From Gonapodya sp. JEL0774 (taxonomy: Eukaryota), in the NCBI GenBank assembly GCA_027604505.1, contig JADIIX010000061.1, forward strand, positions 1 to 64,000: a stretch of 64,000 nucleotides of DNA, written 5' to 3'. Below the pieces are notes generated by a model, which made no database searches, was not told the origin of the DNA, and was given only the letters and a program-made list of their open reading frames with translations. A program made the translations under genes and the position numbers. Of the stretch, positions 12,147 to 25,729 are shown piece after piece (the first letter of the stretch is position 1; the number at the start of each line of letters is the position of its first letter).

Positions 12147-15100
12147 ATGGACGATTCACGTCACGAACACATATTCGGACACCCTCATTCTACTCGATCC
12201 CTATCTCCTGTTTCCACGTGCGACTACGATAGGGCGGCGACTGTCTCGGATCTTTTGGAAGCCATCAGGAGACTCGCGGGAAAGACCACCCAACGACAAG
12301 AGGCCATCGATTCCCTCCTACAGAAAATTTCTTCGACCGACTTGACGAGCAAACAATGGAGGGATGTGGTCTCTACGTTTGTCACAATTATCATGAAAGA
12401 GCGGGACTCGCTCACGAAGTGAGTGCATGCCCTGCAGATCACTGTGATCCACTGTCTCCGTCTGTCCAACATTTTAATTTACCATTCCATTCAATGCCCG
12501 GAAGAGCCCTCACGAGTCAAACGAGTAAGAACAACACATCTTCCACATCCAAATCCATAAACAGCCTGATGAAATCAACTAAGGATTTCCGACTTGTGTT
12601 GTCGATGGGCATGGAACGAACTCTGGAGCCTTTCGACCGCACGCTGGTCTTCGCGGTGTTAACTCACGTGCGGGAGTTGTTGCTGGATACCAATCACGAT
12701 GTTGTCGGGCCTTTAGCGGGGAACTATTGTCGACTTTTGAGAGAGATAGTGGTAAGTGAAGACCCGAACGTGACCGCATCCAAGGCCGCTCCTGACCACC
12801 GTCATTCTGTGTTTGCATGGCCTGGCATATTTGAATTGACCAACATATGAGACATATCCAGGCATACGCTTGCGATTCACAGACTCGCAATGGCTTGAAG
12901 TAGTGGACACGATTTCCCAGTGAGCCGTCTCGTCAATGTAACGATTCATCAGCTCAAACATAACCCAGGCGCACCTTCCCCAGGCATCTGCTAATTCCGC
13001 ACCCTCCGAGGTCGTCCACTCGTTCGAAGCCTTCCGAAGATCTGGACCTCGCGAAAGCCCTCTCGTTCCTTTTGATCGCAACGCCCAGGGTGCATCAACA
13101 TGCGAGAATGCTGAGGGAACTTTTTGATCGGTTGACGGCTGGAATGCGCGGGGAGACGGCCGCGATGGGACAGGTCATCTCCGCGGCCACGTGGTTTGCG
13201 GGAGAAACTGCGCCAGACGCTCTTGAAGAGGTGGTTGTTGCAAGTTCATCCGTGTCCTTTTCCTCTCTTGAGTTGGATCATCCATGTTGATGAACATCAC
13301 GTTGCGCTGTTTCCCAGACTCTGCGTTTCCTGCTCAGTCTTGCACAAAGATTTCTTCCCTTTTGGGACACAAACAAGCGCGAGAGCAGCAGAGTTCACCA
13401 TATTTACTTGTACCGCTTGCTTTTGATAATCCACGCCTCGTGGAAGGAAACAGGGGGCGAAGATTCGGACCTGGAGTGCACGTTCATGGACTTTCAAAGT
13501 TCAGCGTGGGAACTTATCGAGCGGGAAATGAATACAGGCAAGGCTTGGAATATTCAAATCGCAGATGTTCGCTTCGACAAGGCCGGTTCTGACGGGACCG
13601 TTCCCATGCTTGGTAAGCTCTGTCATTGTCGCGATAGACTCACCTGCAACTCCATCTCTTACTCCGTCAGGTTCTGCATCCGTCCTTGCGTCTCGTTCCC
13701 ATCTTCAGCTGGCACGATCACTCCTGATATTCTTGGTGGAACATCCCCAGGACAATGTGATGGTTGACACGGACCCCCTTTCTCGTCTGCTGAGGATGAT
13801 CACTACATCATCTTCCAGAGACGCCCGCATCCACGGACTGCAGCTGCTTCATTTTCTCAGTGCGAAGATCCGAGACCATCGGTCGATCGCACAGAGATTA
13901 TTGCAGAGCCTTGAAAGCTTTGTCGACTGTCTCAAAGGTGGAGATGCCGATATGCAATGGTGGTTGATGGCGACGATAGGATGTCTCTTGGCCGGTGTCG
14001 GAAAAGAGATGGCCCTTGGCAAACGTGACACTGTCCGAAAATGTTGGAGCTTAGTAGGTGGCCCGAACCTTCACATCCGATGCTCAATTTACCCTTTTGC
14101 ATTCCCAAGGCTTTGCACCACTTATCACATCCAGTGACAATTGCGCCATCACTATCGCTTCTTCGCATTCTGATCATCTCTGATATTATCGTCGATGAGG
14201 TGATGTGCTGCTCCTTGAACTATTGTGGATGTTCTTTCTCTCTGATTGACGGGACGCTGTTCTTCTCACATCAAGGATTTGCAATCATGTGTTGAGGAAA
14301 CTCTGGCAGCTTTTGTTAATGTCAAGTTTGAGAATGATCTTGGTATCGCTGTCACATTTGTTGGTTCCTTGATTCGTCGAATTGGTCGCGCGGATCTGCA
14401 GTATCGAGCTCCGCTGGATATCCAACTGACGCATCTTCACGGTTTATTCTCCAAGTTTACGTGCAACCATATCACAAGTTTGTTTCAAGTATCAACTGTG
14501 CAAAACCCATGGACGAGGCTGTCGACACTCGATGTAGCAGGTGCCGCTTCAGGGCGGGAAGATTGCGATCTCTTCGGAACCGGTAATGACGTTTGGCTTG
14601 CCCCGGGAGTGATTATGTCTGAAGAATTTGCCATTAATTGGAGGCTTGAAGAGGTTGAAGGTCTTCTGCTGCGAATTGCCGGTTGTCACGACTCAGTCAT
14701 TGAAGACAAAAAGGCAGTTGATAAAGAGGACCGTCGATTCAGTCTTGATCTCGGAGACGCTCACACCAGGGGAATTCTGGAATCAGTAGACGCCGCTTTG
14801 AACGATCTCTCCTCGGAAGTTAGTAGATCGCCATATCCTTCTTCGGATAGCAAAAAATTAAGAGAGCTGGAGAGTCATAACGAAAGCGCCCTGCATAATT
14901 TTGTTGTTCTTACTATTTTGGAAACAGTGGTCGTTTGCTACACATCGAATCCGGAGTTGTCAGCTCCTCGTATATCACGAATCGCAGTTCTTCTGGAGCG
15001 CATTCTCAACGGTTTTCGATCAACAGTTTCTGAAGGAGTGTCCATGGACAAGATGAATCTATTATATTGTTTCGAGATTTGTCGACTGAGACTGAAAGCT

Positions 15101-18100
15101 TCGGCCAATCCATATGCAGGAAGCTTCTGCTATCCAGACAGTCGGGCCGTCCATCGACCTGATCGAAAACTACAAACCCTTCCAGCAAATGCAAAAGTGG
15201 CTCCTGCATTGGCCGAGCTTTCTCGAAGCGTGTTGGATCAGTTTTCCACCGCTGATGACTCTCCTGTTAGTTTGGGAAAGAGGAAACGACTTGATGATGA
15301 CTTTGACGAGGGCCGTACCATAACAAACAATACAAAGGCAATAGGGTTTGGAGTCGTAATTGAACATTTGTACCCAGGAATATCTCTCGGGAACGATGGA
15401 GTAGCACTCACCGAGGTGGTTGCTTTCAGCGTTTTAGCCTCAATACCTCTCAAAGATCTCAGTGACACCAGTGCTGATTCATCAGTGGAACTAATTTTGA
15501 GATTGTTGATCCCCACTTCACCGGAGCGAATTTACATCTCTTTGGAAGCATGCGGAGCGCTAGAAATTTACAACGATCGAATTTCAATCGATGCACGGAA
15601 GAAGATTCTGGAGGATTTTACCGTCAGTTGATAGATCAGAGTCCAGTGACCAAGCACTTATCATCTCATCACTGCCTGACATCTTCTCCTCTTGTTTGCA
15701 CTCTAGCATTGGTTTTCCAGAAAAGATTTCCAAAGTAATCAAGGAGCGTTGGCGCTCTCTGTTCGTGCTGTAAGTCTGCTACTCCAAGGAGCAGACCCGG
15801 CATTCCTCGGAGAAGAATTGAGTGATTTCTTCATGTACTTCCAACACCCGAATATCCGCCAAGACATACATCGTACCCCATTGCTGGAGCTAGCATCCTT
15901 TTTTGCCTTCACTTGTCGGCTGGGGCCATTTGGTAAAAACTTACAAGAGCCCAAGAACCCGAGAGATGCTCTCTCGGATCTTCTTCTTTGTGATATTTTG
16001 ATTGTTCGATTGAAAGCAGCGGAATTCGTGGGAGAGGTTTTTGTGGGCGAAAAGCTGGACCAGTATCCCAATATCTACCAAACCCTCGTAAACCCATTCT
16101 ATCGAAATGGCTCGACAAACTATGCTCATCCCTTGCACTGTGTTAATCTATGGTGAGACAAGTTGGTCAAGTTCGCGAGTGCCATTCTCAGTCTGTTGTT
16201 TGGGTAGTCGCATCTTTCTATATTTGGCACTCGCGAGCCACGTCGTGCTCCCCGAAGCTGTGTTTCACCTCATCATCGCGGCATCAACGACATCCGCAAT
16301 TGCTGCCATTGCTGCTCGGTGCTTGCGGCGGCTGGCAATGCGGTATGGTTTCACAACCGCAGAGTCATTATTCCGGCAACTCAAGAAAGGCGTGCTCTCA
16401 AGATGGGTTTCTTCATCTCGAAAGATAGCCGAGTTTCCTTGGAGAGTGCTGGGCTACTCCTCACAGCGTGGGTTTCTTCAGGTGAGCTCCCTGACCGTCA
16501 GGTGGGTATTTCGAAGGTCTGAGCATCCCCACGTTTCTTCAGTCGGAAATGCAGGATATTGTGGCACACTACGTCCTTTCAAATCGTCTGAGCGAACTCG
16601 AGGAGACTTTTTCGGAGCTGGCATTTTCTGAGGCGGAGATTTTAAGCCAGTCGTTCCATGTCGTATTGGCGTACCTTTTGCCTTGCTACTTCATGACGCC
16701 AGGCAGTCTTGAGAAAGTGACGCAAATTGTTCAGTCTCTCAGAGACACTCTCGGAACTGCTGAGTTTGACAAGCAAATGACACAAAATATAGATGCGATC
16801 GTGCAGGTAGGTAAACATGCTAATACTCTCACGAGTGATGCACCTAATGCTATACTAGTAATCAGGAGCTTGTTTTGACATGCGGCTTGCCTCCCGCGAC
16901 CACACGCAAACTGTTCCTAAACAGTCCACAGTTAATCCAGCTCTTCGAAGAACTTGTGCCTTCGAACCAGTTTTTGATCGATCCAGAGTTGGTGGGCGTT
17001 TCAAGACCGATATACCCATTGCAGGCTGTGCTGTTGGCGGTTGAGCATTGCGCCAAGGTAACGTTTTATTGCTCACATCATCAACTGGCAGTTGACGATT
17101 TTCATCATACAGTTGGAGAAAAACGACCAAAGCGTTTCTGAGTACTTCAAACTTAATCGCCTCTACCAATGTTTTCAGAATCTTCATATGAGTATTTCTT
17201 GCTCGAGAATCGCGATTGAAGCCGAAAGGCATTTAATCGCATATGCTCTCCTGATTGTCCTCTCCAGTGATCGATTATGGCATCACCAGGCGTTACTTCG
17301 TTACACTCTGTCAAATTTGGTTACATTCACCAAATCCGATGATCTATCCCCGCTCTGCATGAGAATGATTTCAGCAATACTCGATAGTGTGAAGTCTTCG
17401 GAGGAGCCCAGAGCATCCATTGATGGGGTCGTAATCTCGTTGGTGCAGCAGCGACTATTCGATGGGAATCGAGTGCGTGAGGCTAGTGGACACTTGAGCT
17501 TGATCGTTCGCGGACTCTTAGATTCAAGTCTTGTTGGAATGGGTACTTGGAAGAGAATTCGCATGTTCCTGGAAGCAGCGTCTGAGTTCCCCAACAATGC
17601 AACCCTCTTGGATGACGTTAGGAGTCGCTTGATGGAGGAAGACTCATCTGAAATTTTCTTGGGAGAACTTGAAATCGCGGCTTTGAACCCGGCATATCCC
17701 GAGTCAGCTCTCACTTTCGCTCTCCGTTCCGCCCGACATGCAGTTCTCAGTTCTCACCCTGATGTAATTAGGGATGCAGTTCCTATTACCCGAAACCTGA
17801 TCAAAATAGCTGCTAGTTCCCGCTCTCTTTCGGAGGATGGACGTCAGCTTCTCGGCTCCATTATCGCGAGTTTGAGTCCTCATATTGATTGCAGAGATGC
17901 CCTTGTTTTGGAGCAACTTGCAAATCGGTCATCAAGTCCTCTTCTAATTGATGCATCCGACCCCGTGAAAGCGTCGTGGTCGTTTGTTTTGGCAGATCTA
18001 ATGGACACGGCACTGGGCACGGAACCTCACGTCGCTGCGGTCGCAGCATCGGTTCTGCGGAAGATTCTCCACACAACCGAAGGCTCGAGGGCAGTGCACG

Positions 18101-21100
18101 ATGCCAACCTTGATGACGAATATGATTTTGCGGAATTGTTCACAAGCACAAGGGATGGCCGGACACGAGAAAGTTCGTTACAAGTAGAAGACTCGTTCAA
18201 CGTATGGGACAGTGCTTCGAAGTCATACCAACAGTGGCTCGTTGATGTGGGAAAGCACACGAGCGGTTTGACGGATGACATAATACTTCGCTCTCTGCCT
18301 CCTGTATACGAAGTGAACCCATCATTGGTTAAGACTCTTCTCGATGTGAGCGTGTGGACTTCGCTCAGGGCCGACAAAATGACGACCACTAGAAGACTCC
18401 AGAACTTGACATCTCAGTTCAATAAGATTTTCGGTTGTGCGAAGGAGCAATTGCCTGACGCTGTGAATGACCTGCTTGATATTCTCCTATTCCTTCGTAG
18501 GCAAACCTGCTCGAATGCAGGTGTTCGGGAAGGCCGTGAGTCAAAGGAGAGACATCTCCACTTGTTCATCGATATTTGTTAGTATGCTCGTCACCTGACC
18601 CAACTTTCTCATCCAGATATGATACTCAAGTTTGATTATCTGGCAGCTTCCACGGCTGCTCTAACCTCAAAAATGCCACCTGCAGTGTCTTTGATGTTGT
18701 TTGAAATATATGCAGATCAGAGTGGTATTTACGGGAACGACCTCGAGGAAATCGAGGCCGGACTACGTGGATATATGATGGATGTATTCAAGCATCTCGA
18801 TCGCGACACCTTTGATGCTCTCAACGTTGGCTTTGGGACTCAAGACATATCGTTGAAGTTGGAGCATGATCAAGAATGGCTCACAAACCTGGCATTCAGT
18901 GAGTCGATGATAGCTTCCGCATCTCAAGTGCCAGCGCAGTTCGGTATTGCAAAGTCTCTTCGAAATCTCGGACTCTTTGCGACTTTAAACGAGTTCTTGA
19001 GACACGATCAGGTATTCTTGGAATCTACACACGAGCTTCAAAGCGAGGCAGCCTGGAGAAATGGGCAATGGGATTTCAACGTAGTCGCAAGTCCAGAAAA
19101 TTTGTCTCGGAATGTTCGAATTTACCAATCACTGAAGTTATTTTGCGGTTCTGAGGCATCCACAGACGGGGTTGATCAGGATTATTCTCATATCATGAGT
19201 CTCAAGGCTCACATTTTCGAAGATGCCATTCGTCGCTATTTTACTCTTCCGGAACTTCTCACTGAGAATATTGTACCATTGGAGGCGGTAGAATTGTTTG
19301 ACACTATTCGGGATCCAGGATTGACAAGCATTTCAATACTCAGGTGGGACGCCCGACGGACTGCAATGTCGCAGCACTGGGAGTTCGGAAAAGGCGTTGA
19401 GCCTGTTTTACAAGCCAGGTAAGAATCTTTTGTGTGATTGTAATATTTGTGAACTGAATGATCCAAGCTCTCCATTTCTACAGAACAACACTTCTGCGCA
19501 CGGCAATCCGACGCCAGCCTAATGAGCAAGCCAGAATAGAATTAACGCAGTCGCTCACACGGCACTTATTTCTCGCAACCCGACTGGCGCGAAAAGCTGG
19601 TGTGATGCAAACGGCCTTGAACAATTTGTCCGTGCTGCAGAGTAACCTGACATCGGAATCGCGATCGCCAGCGGATATCGTGAGGATCGCCGAGTTTGCT
19701 CGAGAAGACGCCAAGTGCTGGGCAGCTTTCGGGCAGAGACTGTTGGCGATAAAGAAACTTCGCCATCAAATTGCTTGGATCCTTTCCCTCGCGGAGAAGG
19801 GACTGGATTTTACAGCATCGGAACCATCAGAACCTTCTCTGGCGCTTGCACGACTGTATAGACTGCTGGGTCGCTTTATTGGTGTGGAACGGCTTGAACG
19901 TGCGACTGAAGTGATTGATAATTATCTGTCCGGTGCCACTGCTCTCCACGATCCCGCCAACGTGGGTTCCTTCAAAGAACTGGCTGGCTATGCGGATAAC
20001 CACTATGTGAGCTCCATCGAGACCAAACTGCTCGAAGAAACCTCTAATCTTTTGAGCGAGAAGAACGAGGAATTGGCCAGGTATTTCACTGCGTTGAAAT
20101 GAGATCTGACTTCCTAATGTGCGAATGTTTCTCACAAATTCTGTAGTCTGAAGGATCAGCTCCGTCTTCTCACCAACCGCAATGACCCGTTGTACCGGAG
20201 TTTGGAATCTGCTCGCAGGCGTACCGAAATGCAATTGGAGAATGACAAAGCTGAAGTCGCAAGATTGATGGAGGAACGTGAAAAGTGAGTAAGCTCGCGC
20301 CACTCTCCGCAGCTCCCACAAGCGTCTTAATTTTGCACATATCTGGCAGTTTCTTGATTCATGCTGTCGAAAATTATCTAAAAGTTTTGCAGTTAGGCGC
20401 TTCAGAGCGGTACAATCAAGTGGTCTTTCGACTGTCTTCCCTTTGGCTCGCTAACAGCGACGATTTAACCACCAATGAGGCAGTTGCTTCTCACATCGGA
20501 TCTGTACCGTCGTGGAAGTTTGTCGAGCTCGTTCATCAATTGTCAGCCCATCTCGGTCGCTCCACTGGTACTGAGGGCAACAATTTGTTTCAAGAAGTCC
20601 TGTACAACCTGCTCGAGCGCCTAGCCATGGAGCATCCTCACCACACATTGCCCATAATATTTGCACTTCGGAATAGCAGCTCGGTAGATCCCACAACTGC
20701 AGCATCCAATCGATCTCGCCGGGAAGCAGGTACCGGTAGATCTTACGAGGCCCAGATGATTCTCGACCAGATCCGTGGCTCGTCACCAGACGGCACCAAG
20801 CGAATTGTGGAGCTCGACGCTGTTTTGAGTGGCTATATTGAACTCGCGGACAAGAAAATCAGCAAAGACACTCACCGAAAGACGCTTCCCCTTCAAGGAA
20901 TGAGGCTCATGTCTTTGAAAGATCTCTCGTACTGTGCATTAGTGACAAAGGATTTTCCACTGGATCCGTCAGGTGGATATGAAGACGTCGTTACCGTGCA
21001 ACGTTTCAAGTCGGAAGCAACCTTGGTGGGAGGTATCACAGTCCCAAAAAAGGTAAGGGCACAGGTTGTGGTATATACAATTATTTGTGCATCATAATCA

Positions 21101-22578
21101 CCTGTTCTATGCTCTTGAAGATTGAATGTCTTGGCAGCGATGGACGGTTGTATCCACAGCTTGTGAAAGGAAACGAGGATGTCAGACAAGACGCCGGTAC
21201 TGAATCTCAGCTCCTCGCTGACGTTTCTGACCCTTAATTTACTAACCATTTTGCTATCACATTTTGGACTCAGTTCTTTCCCGCATATTCAAGGTCGTAG
21301 ATCGTCTGCTTAAACGGAACAACACGACACGCGCGCGGGGTCTGTCTATTCGCACATACAAAGTACTTCCCCTCACTCAAAATAGCGGTATTCTCGAGTG
21401 GGTCAACAATACCCGCCCTATTGGCGACTGCATGTTGGAGTTGCATGCTAAGTATAATGCAGGTGACATGCCCCCAATCGAGGCCAGGAAGCGGATGCAA
21501 GAGGAGCATGCACGGAAGGGTGCCAGCACGGAAAGCAAGACCAAGGTGTTTGACGGTATCCTGGCAAAGTTCAGACCTGCATTCAAGTACTTTTTCATGG
21601 AACGGTGGTGGAAGCCCCAAGAGTGGTGAGCTTATTTTTTTTTATTTTTTTTTTCGAGTTTCCTGCTCTGCTGTGCAGAACCAGAATCGTTTTTTGTCTA
21701 GGTTTGATCATCGACAATCGTACATCAAATCCTGTGCTACCATGTCGGTAAGTCTACGTCATAGCGTCTAGAGTTTTCGCGGAAGTGGATACGTTCATCT
21801 CTCTCTTCTATTCTCAACAGATCGTCGGTTGGCTCATGGGTCTCGGGGACCGACACACTCAAAACATTCTTCTGGACACATCCACTGCCGAACTTATTCA
21901 CATAGACTTTGGGATCGCATTCGAGTTTGGAAAACTCCTCTCTACGCCGGAGCTTGTGCCATTCCGACTGACACAGGATATGGTTGACGGCATGGGAGTC
22001 ACGGGTGTAGAAGGAACCTTCCGCAAAACTTGCGAGGAAGTGCTTCGCCTGCTTCGAAGTGAAGCCGCGAGCTACATGCTTGTTACCGTACTTGATGTAT
22101 TCCGATACGACCCACTTCAAAGATGGTGAGTTGTTTGTGGTTATTTTATGATCCTTCGGTTATCTGAATGGCTTCTGAATCTGTGAACGACTTTGTGCAA
22201 ACAGGACAATTGCCAAGTCCAAGGCTCGCCGCGTACGTAATCTGGACGATAACGACGGGGGTGCTGAGTACAACAGTCCATCGGCCTCAACATCACGACG
22301 TGGCGCGCATGCTGTGACGGCTACCTCCACTGGCTCGTCGCTGAGTCGGTCTCAATCGGGAACCGAGAGTAACAAGGAGGCAGAGCGATGTCTAACGGTG
22401 GTGAAATCGAAACTTGCCAACCACGTGAGCGTTCACTGTACTGTCAACGAGTTGGTTCAGACTGCCACCAGCAGGGAGCTTCTCGCATTGATGTTTCCGG
22501 TGGGTGAATCGATTGAGCTGACGCATGCTACACACCGCATCTGACATAATCCAACAGGGCTGGCAACCTTTTGTGTGA
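12147..22578 (+). CDS. TEL1: ATM/Tel1 PIKK serine/threonine kinase (many exons)
   Basis: FAT region [11 protein letters not shown]...[16 protein letters not shown]...HPHHTL. Kinase domain [65 protein letters not shown] and [21 protein letters not shown] ends LALMFP|GWQPFV*. The 5' end is approximate. Confidence 0.95.
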
Positions 22579-22803
22579 ATGCTCAGTGACAGCTCAATTT
22601 TGCTCACTTTCGCATGTAACAAGTGATACCTCTAAGCATACCATCATGTACATAAAATGAAAATACCGAACTGCATCTAGAACGTTTTGTGTCTGTCGGG
22701 AACTTCTAGTAAAGAGACAGTACTACAGAATAGAGACAGATTTTGTCGATTTCGGGCTTGTCGATTTGTGTTATACGAAGAACACCCATCCTCTTTCCCG
22801 AGA

Positions 22804-23791
22804 ATGAATCGCGAACAAGCTCTTTCACGATTATTTTCGTCCCTTTCTCTGACTGGTACTTGCCATCGCCCGTTTTGGGGAAGTCGCAAGGTCGTGGCTG
22901 TCCTTCCATCTGCGTTCACGGGTCCCTGTCCCCGCTCATTCAGCAGCGTCAACTCCAGCATCACTCCCTCTAATCCCCTTGCAAAACTTTCCGCTTTCGC
23001 ATCTTCATCAAATGCTCTGTCTGTTGGATCGCTGATCCGAGATTGGCATCAAGTCAAGTCTGCTGGACCATTTGCTAACCAGGCCCGGACAAAGTACCAC
23101 AAAGCCCGCGTGGTGATGAAAAGGCATTGTCCGCATTGTGTGGTGACAACGAGGAAACAGTGAGTTTTCCGATGAACGTCAAATCCTTTGATGGAATGAT
23201 CGTGAAGATATTATTTTCACTTTGACCCCTCCTCTCAGATATGCCCTTGTAGTCTGCCGTGCCCATCCTGAACACAACCAACGGGCCACGTTGCAACCTA
23301 TGCGTGCTCGCCGTTGGCCGGCTCAATCGTGGACGGACCGGCACGCCAAGTCCGTGGCCGATGATTATGCCAAGGACTTTGAGGCCTTGGCGGCGCGCAA
23401 ACTCGCGCTTCTGGAGTGGCAGAACAGAGTAGAGACAGAGAAGCGTGCTGAGATTGCTGCGAGACTGAGCGGGAACCTGCGGATTCCAGGGGTCAATGAT
23501 GTCGAACAGTCACAGAGCGGAACTGAAATAGAAGGAACGTGGATATCGGACACTGTAGCCGACATTCCACCCGCCGAACCCGTCGATGAGGTCCCAACTT
23601 CTCGGCGACCGCTCATTGCCGGGCGCGTTCCTGCAGTCCTCGTGCGGTACCAATCTACTAAGTGGAGGGTAGAACCGCCTTGGAAGCGGGGTGTGAGAAA
23701 GGTTGAAATTGCGAGACATCAACGAAGGGTGAAGAGGAAAGAGGAGGAAGTAAAGAAAAAGGATGGGTTCCTTCTCCAGGGAGGTGTATAG
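22804..23791 (+). CDS. Mitochondrial ribosomal protein bL36m-like with a long C-terminal extension
   Basis: Ser/Arg-rich presequence-like N-terminus. Intron 23160-23238 joins KARVVMKRHCPHCVVTTRKQ|YALVVCRAHPEHNQR, the bL36 zinc ribbon (CxxC...C..HPxHxQR). Confidence 0.75.
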
Positions 23792-23959
23792 AGTACCCTC
23801 ACAGACTTTTCGGGACCGTAGTTGTCGCATTGCATCACCGTAGGCTACGTGGTTAAATGTACTTTCTCTAACGTCAGGAAGGTTTTCGAAGGTTGGATTG
23901 GGTTTTGCGAAGACTGCCCTTTTTGATGAGTGGGACGAATCCGTGAAATCCCTCAGCGC

Positions 23960-25316
23960 ATGCAAACCTTCCCCCACCACCCCCAATTCAATTCCAGCCA
24001 TTCCAGCCGAGATCTTCGATTTGCGATACCCGCTCACCCGCGTTCTCTCCCGCCTCTGCGTTCTTCCCAACGATCGCGGTCCATACTCAATGTCACCACT
24101 CAACTCCCTTCGATTTCCTCTACTGTCACTGCGGCCGCTTTCCAAGACCACTTTATGATCGCGGCAGGTCTCAAGAAACGGAAACGAAAAGTCGTTGCAA
24201 AACCGATTCCTGTCGCTGCAAGCACCGCGAGTAGATCATTAAGAACAAAAGCCGATCCGTGTGCCCGATATCTACCTGAAAATGGAATTGAGCGCGTGTT
24301 AAACCCCATCGTGACTGCTCCCACACTAGCTGAGCGTCTTTCGTTAGTGGAGCGAGGGGGAACTCTGGAGGTCACAGACGTGACTTGGGACGCGGCTAAG
24401 GCCCGGTGTGTAGAACGGCGAGACCACCTGGGAACATGCCCTATTTGTCAAGAAGAGTGGGGGATGAGAGGCCAGGTCGTGTTGAGCTGCAGTCATCTAT
24501 TTCATCAGGTGAGCGATCACAGATCGAAGCATCCATTGTTTCCATTCGCCTAATTGCTTTCAAAAGGCGTGCCTCTCCTCGTACGAACGGCATGTGTCTG
24601 CTCCTCGATGCCCACTCTGTCGGATGGAAAACTACACCGCCCGAATCGTTCACCTATCATCGCACGTCAACTTGCATAAATCTGCCACTCTTGTGCAATC
24701 CATATGGCGTGGTTACCTTGCACGACGAGCGTATCTGATTCACCGGGCCCACAACGCTCCAAGGCATCCTATTCTGCTTCGAAAATGGCTGGACGAGCGA
24801 GCATTGTGCGAATCACGGAGGTTGAGGGAGAAGGTGGAGACAGAGAGGCAAGGACTGATGAAGTTCCTCGCAAAAGTGGATGAAGACGTTCAAAAGAGTA
24901 GGAAAGAGATTTGGGAATCCATCGAGGCCATGGAAGATGTCTTTGCTGTAGGAGGGACCACCACCAAGCCACAACCTCCTCCAACCTCAAACGTGCAACC
25001 CACTCGCCCTGTCTCTTCCTCAGAAGTCACGTTACCGTCTGGTCATCGAACTTCGGTGCTCCTCTCCACCGCACTTCAGCGCACCTCCGCGTGTTCAGAG
25101 TGTGCCATATGTTTAACCCCACTCCAACTTGCTGCCGCCATCAAATCTGAATACTCGTCTCTGCTGCAGCGCAAAGTGAAACCGCTTGTGGTTCTCGATC
25201 CGTGTGCGCACGCGTATCACAAACGATGCGTGGAGTCGTTGGAACGCTACTGCGGTGAAGCAGGGAAGAGGTGCCCAATGTGTAGAGCCGAGTATAAGGA
25301 TGTAGTCACGATTTGA
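23960..25316 (+). CDS. RNF32: RING-IQ-RING protein, RNF32-like
   Basis: AAAFQDH, APTLAERLSL, RING1 CPICQEEW...VVLSCSHLFHQ|ACLSSYE...CPLCR, IQ motif VQSIWRGYLARR, RING2 CAIC...CAHAYHKRC...CPMCR. Intron 24509-24566. Confidence 0.85.
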
Positions 25317-25729
25317 CATCAATGGTAGGATGGTCCTGCACTGCAGGAGTTCAGTAAACCAGAATCTTTAAGCAATCGGAGCCGGAGAGTGATTGCAAGG
25401 CACTTCCTGTAAAAAGATAACTGAGAGTTCGGGTGCTGTATGGTGTGTTACGAGTGTCGGATCAATGACCTCTCTTCGCAACAAGAAACGGTTCTGATCA
25501 GTACTGGTTGCTGTCATGTACACACTCGATGGCACGACTGCAATTTAACTCGCCGATGAAATCCGCAGAATCATTCAACGTAACTTTTCGATTGGTTTTC
25601 TGTTGGGATCATGAGTACATATTATACTACCCCTATCAATGCCGGAACTTCCATGAGACTAAGCACTAAATGTCACTTGAATGTACTCAATGTCTTGACG
25701 CCGTCCCATACAAACAACAAAGAACAATA

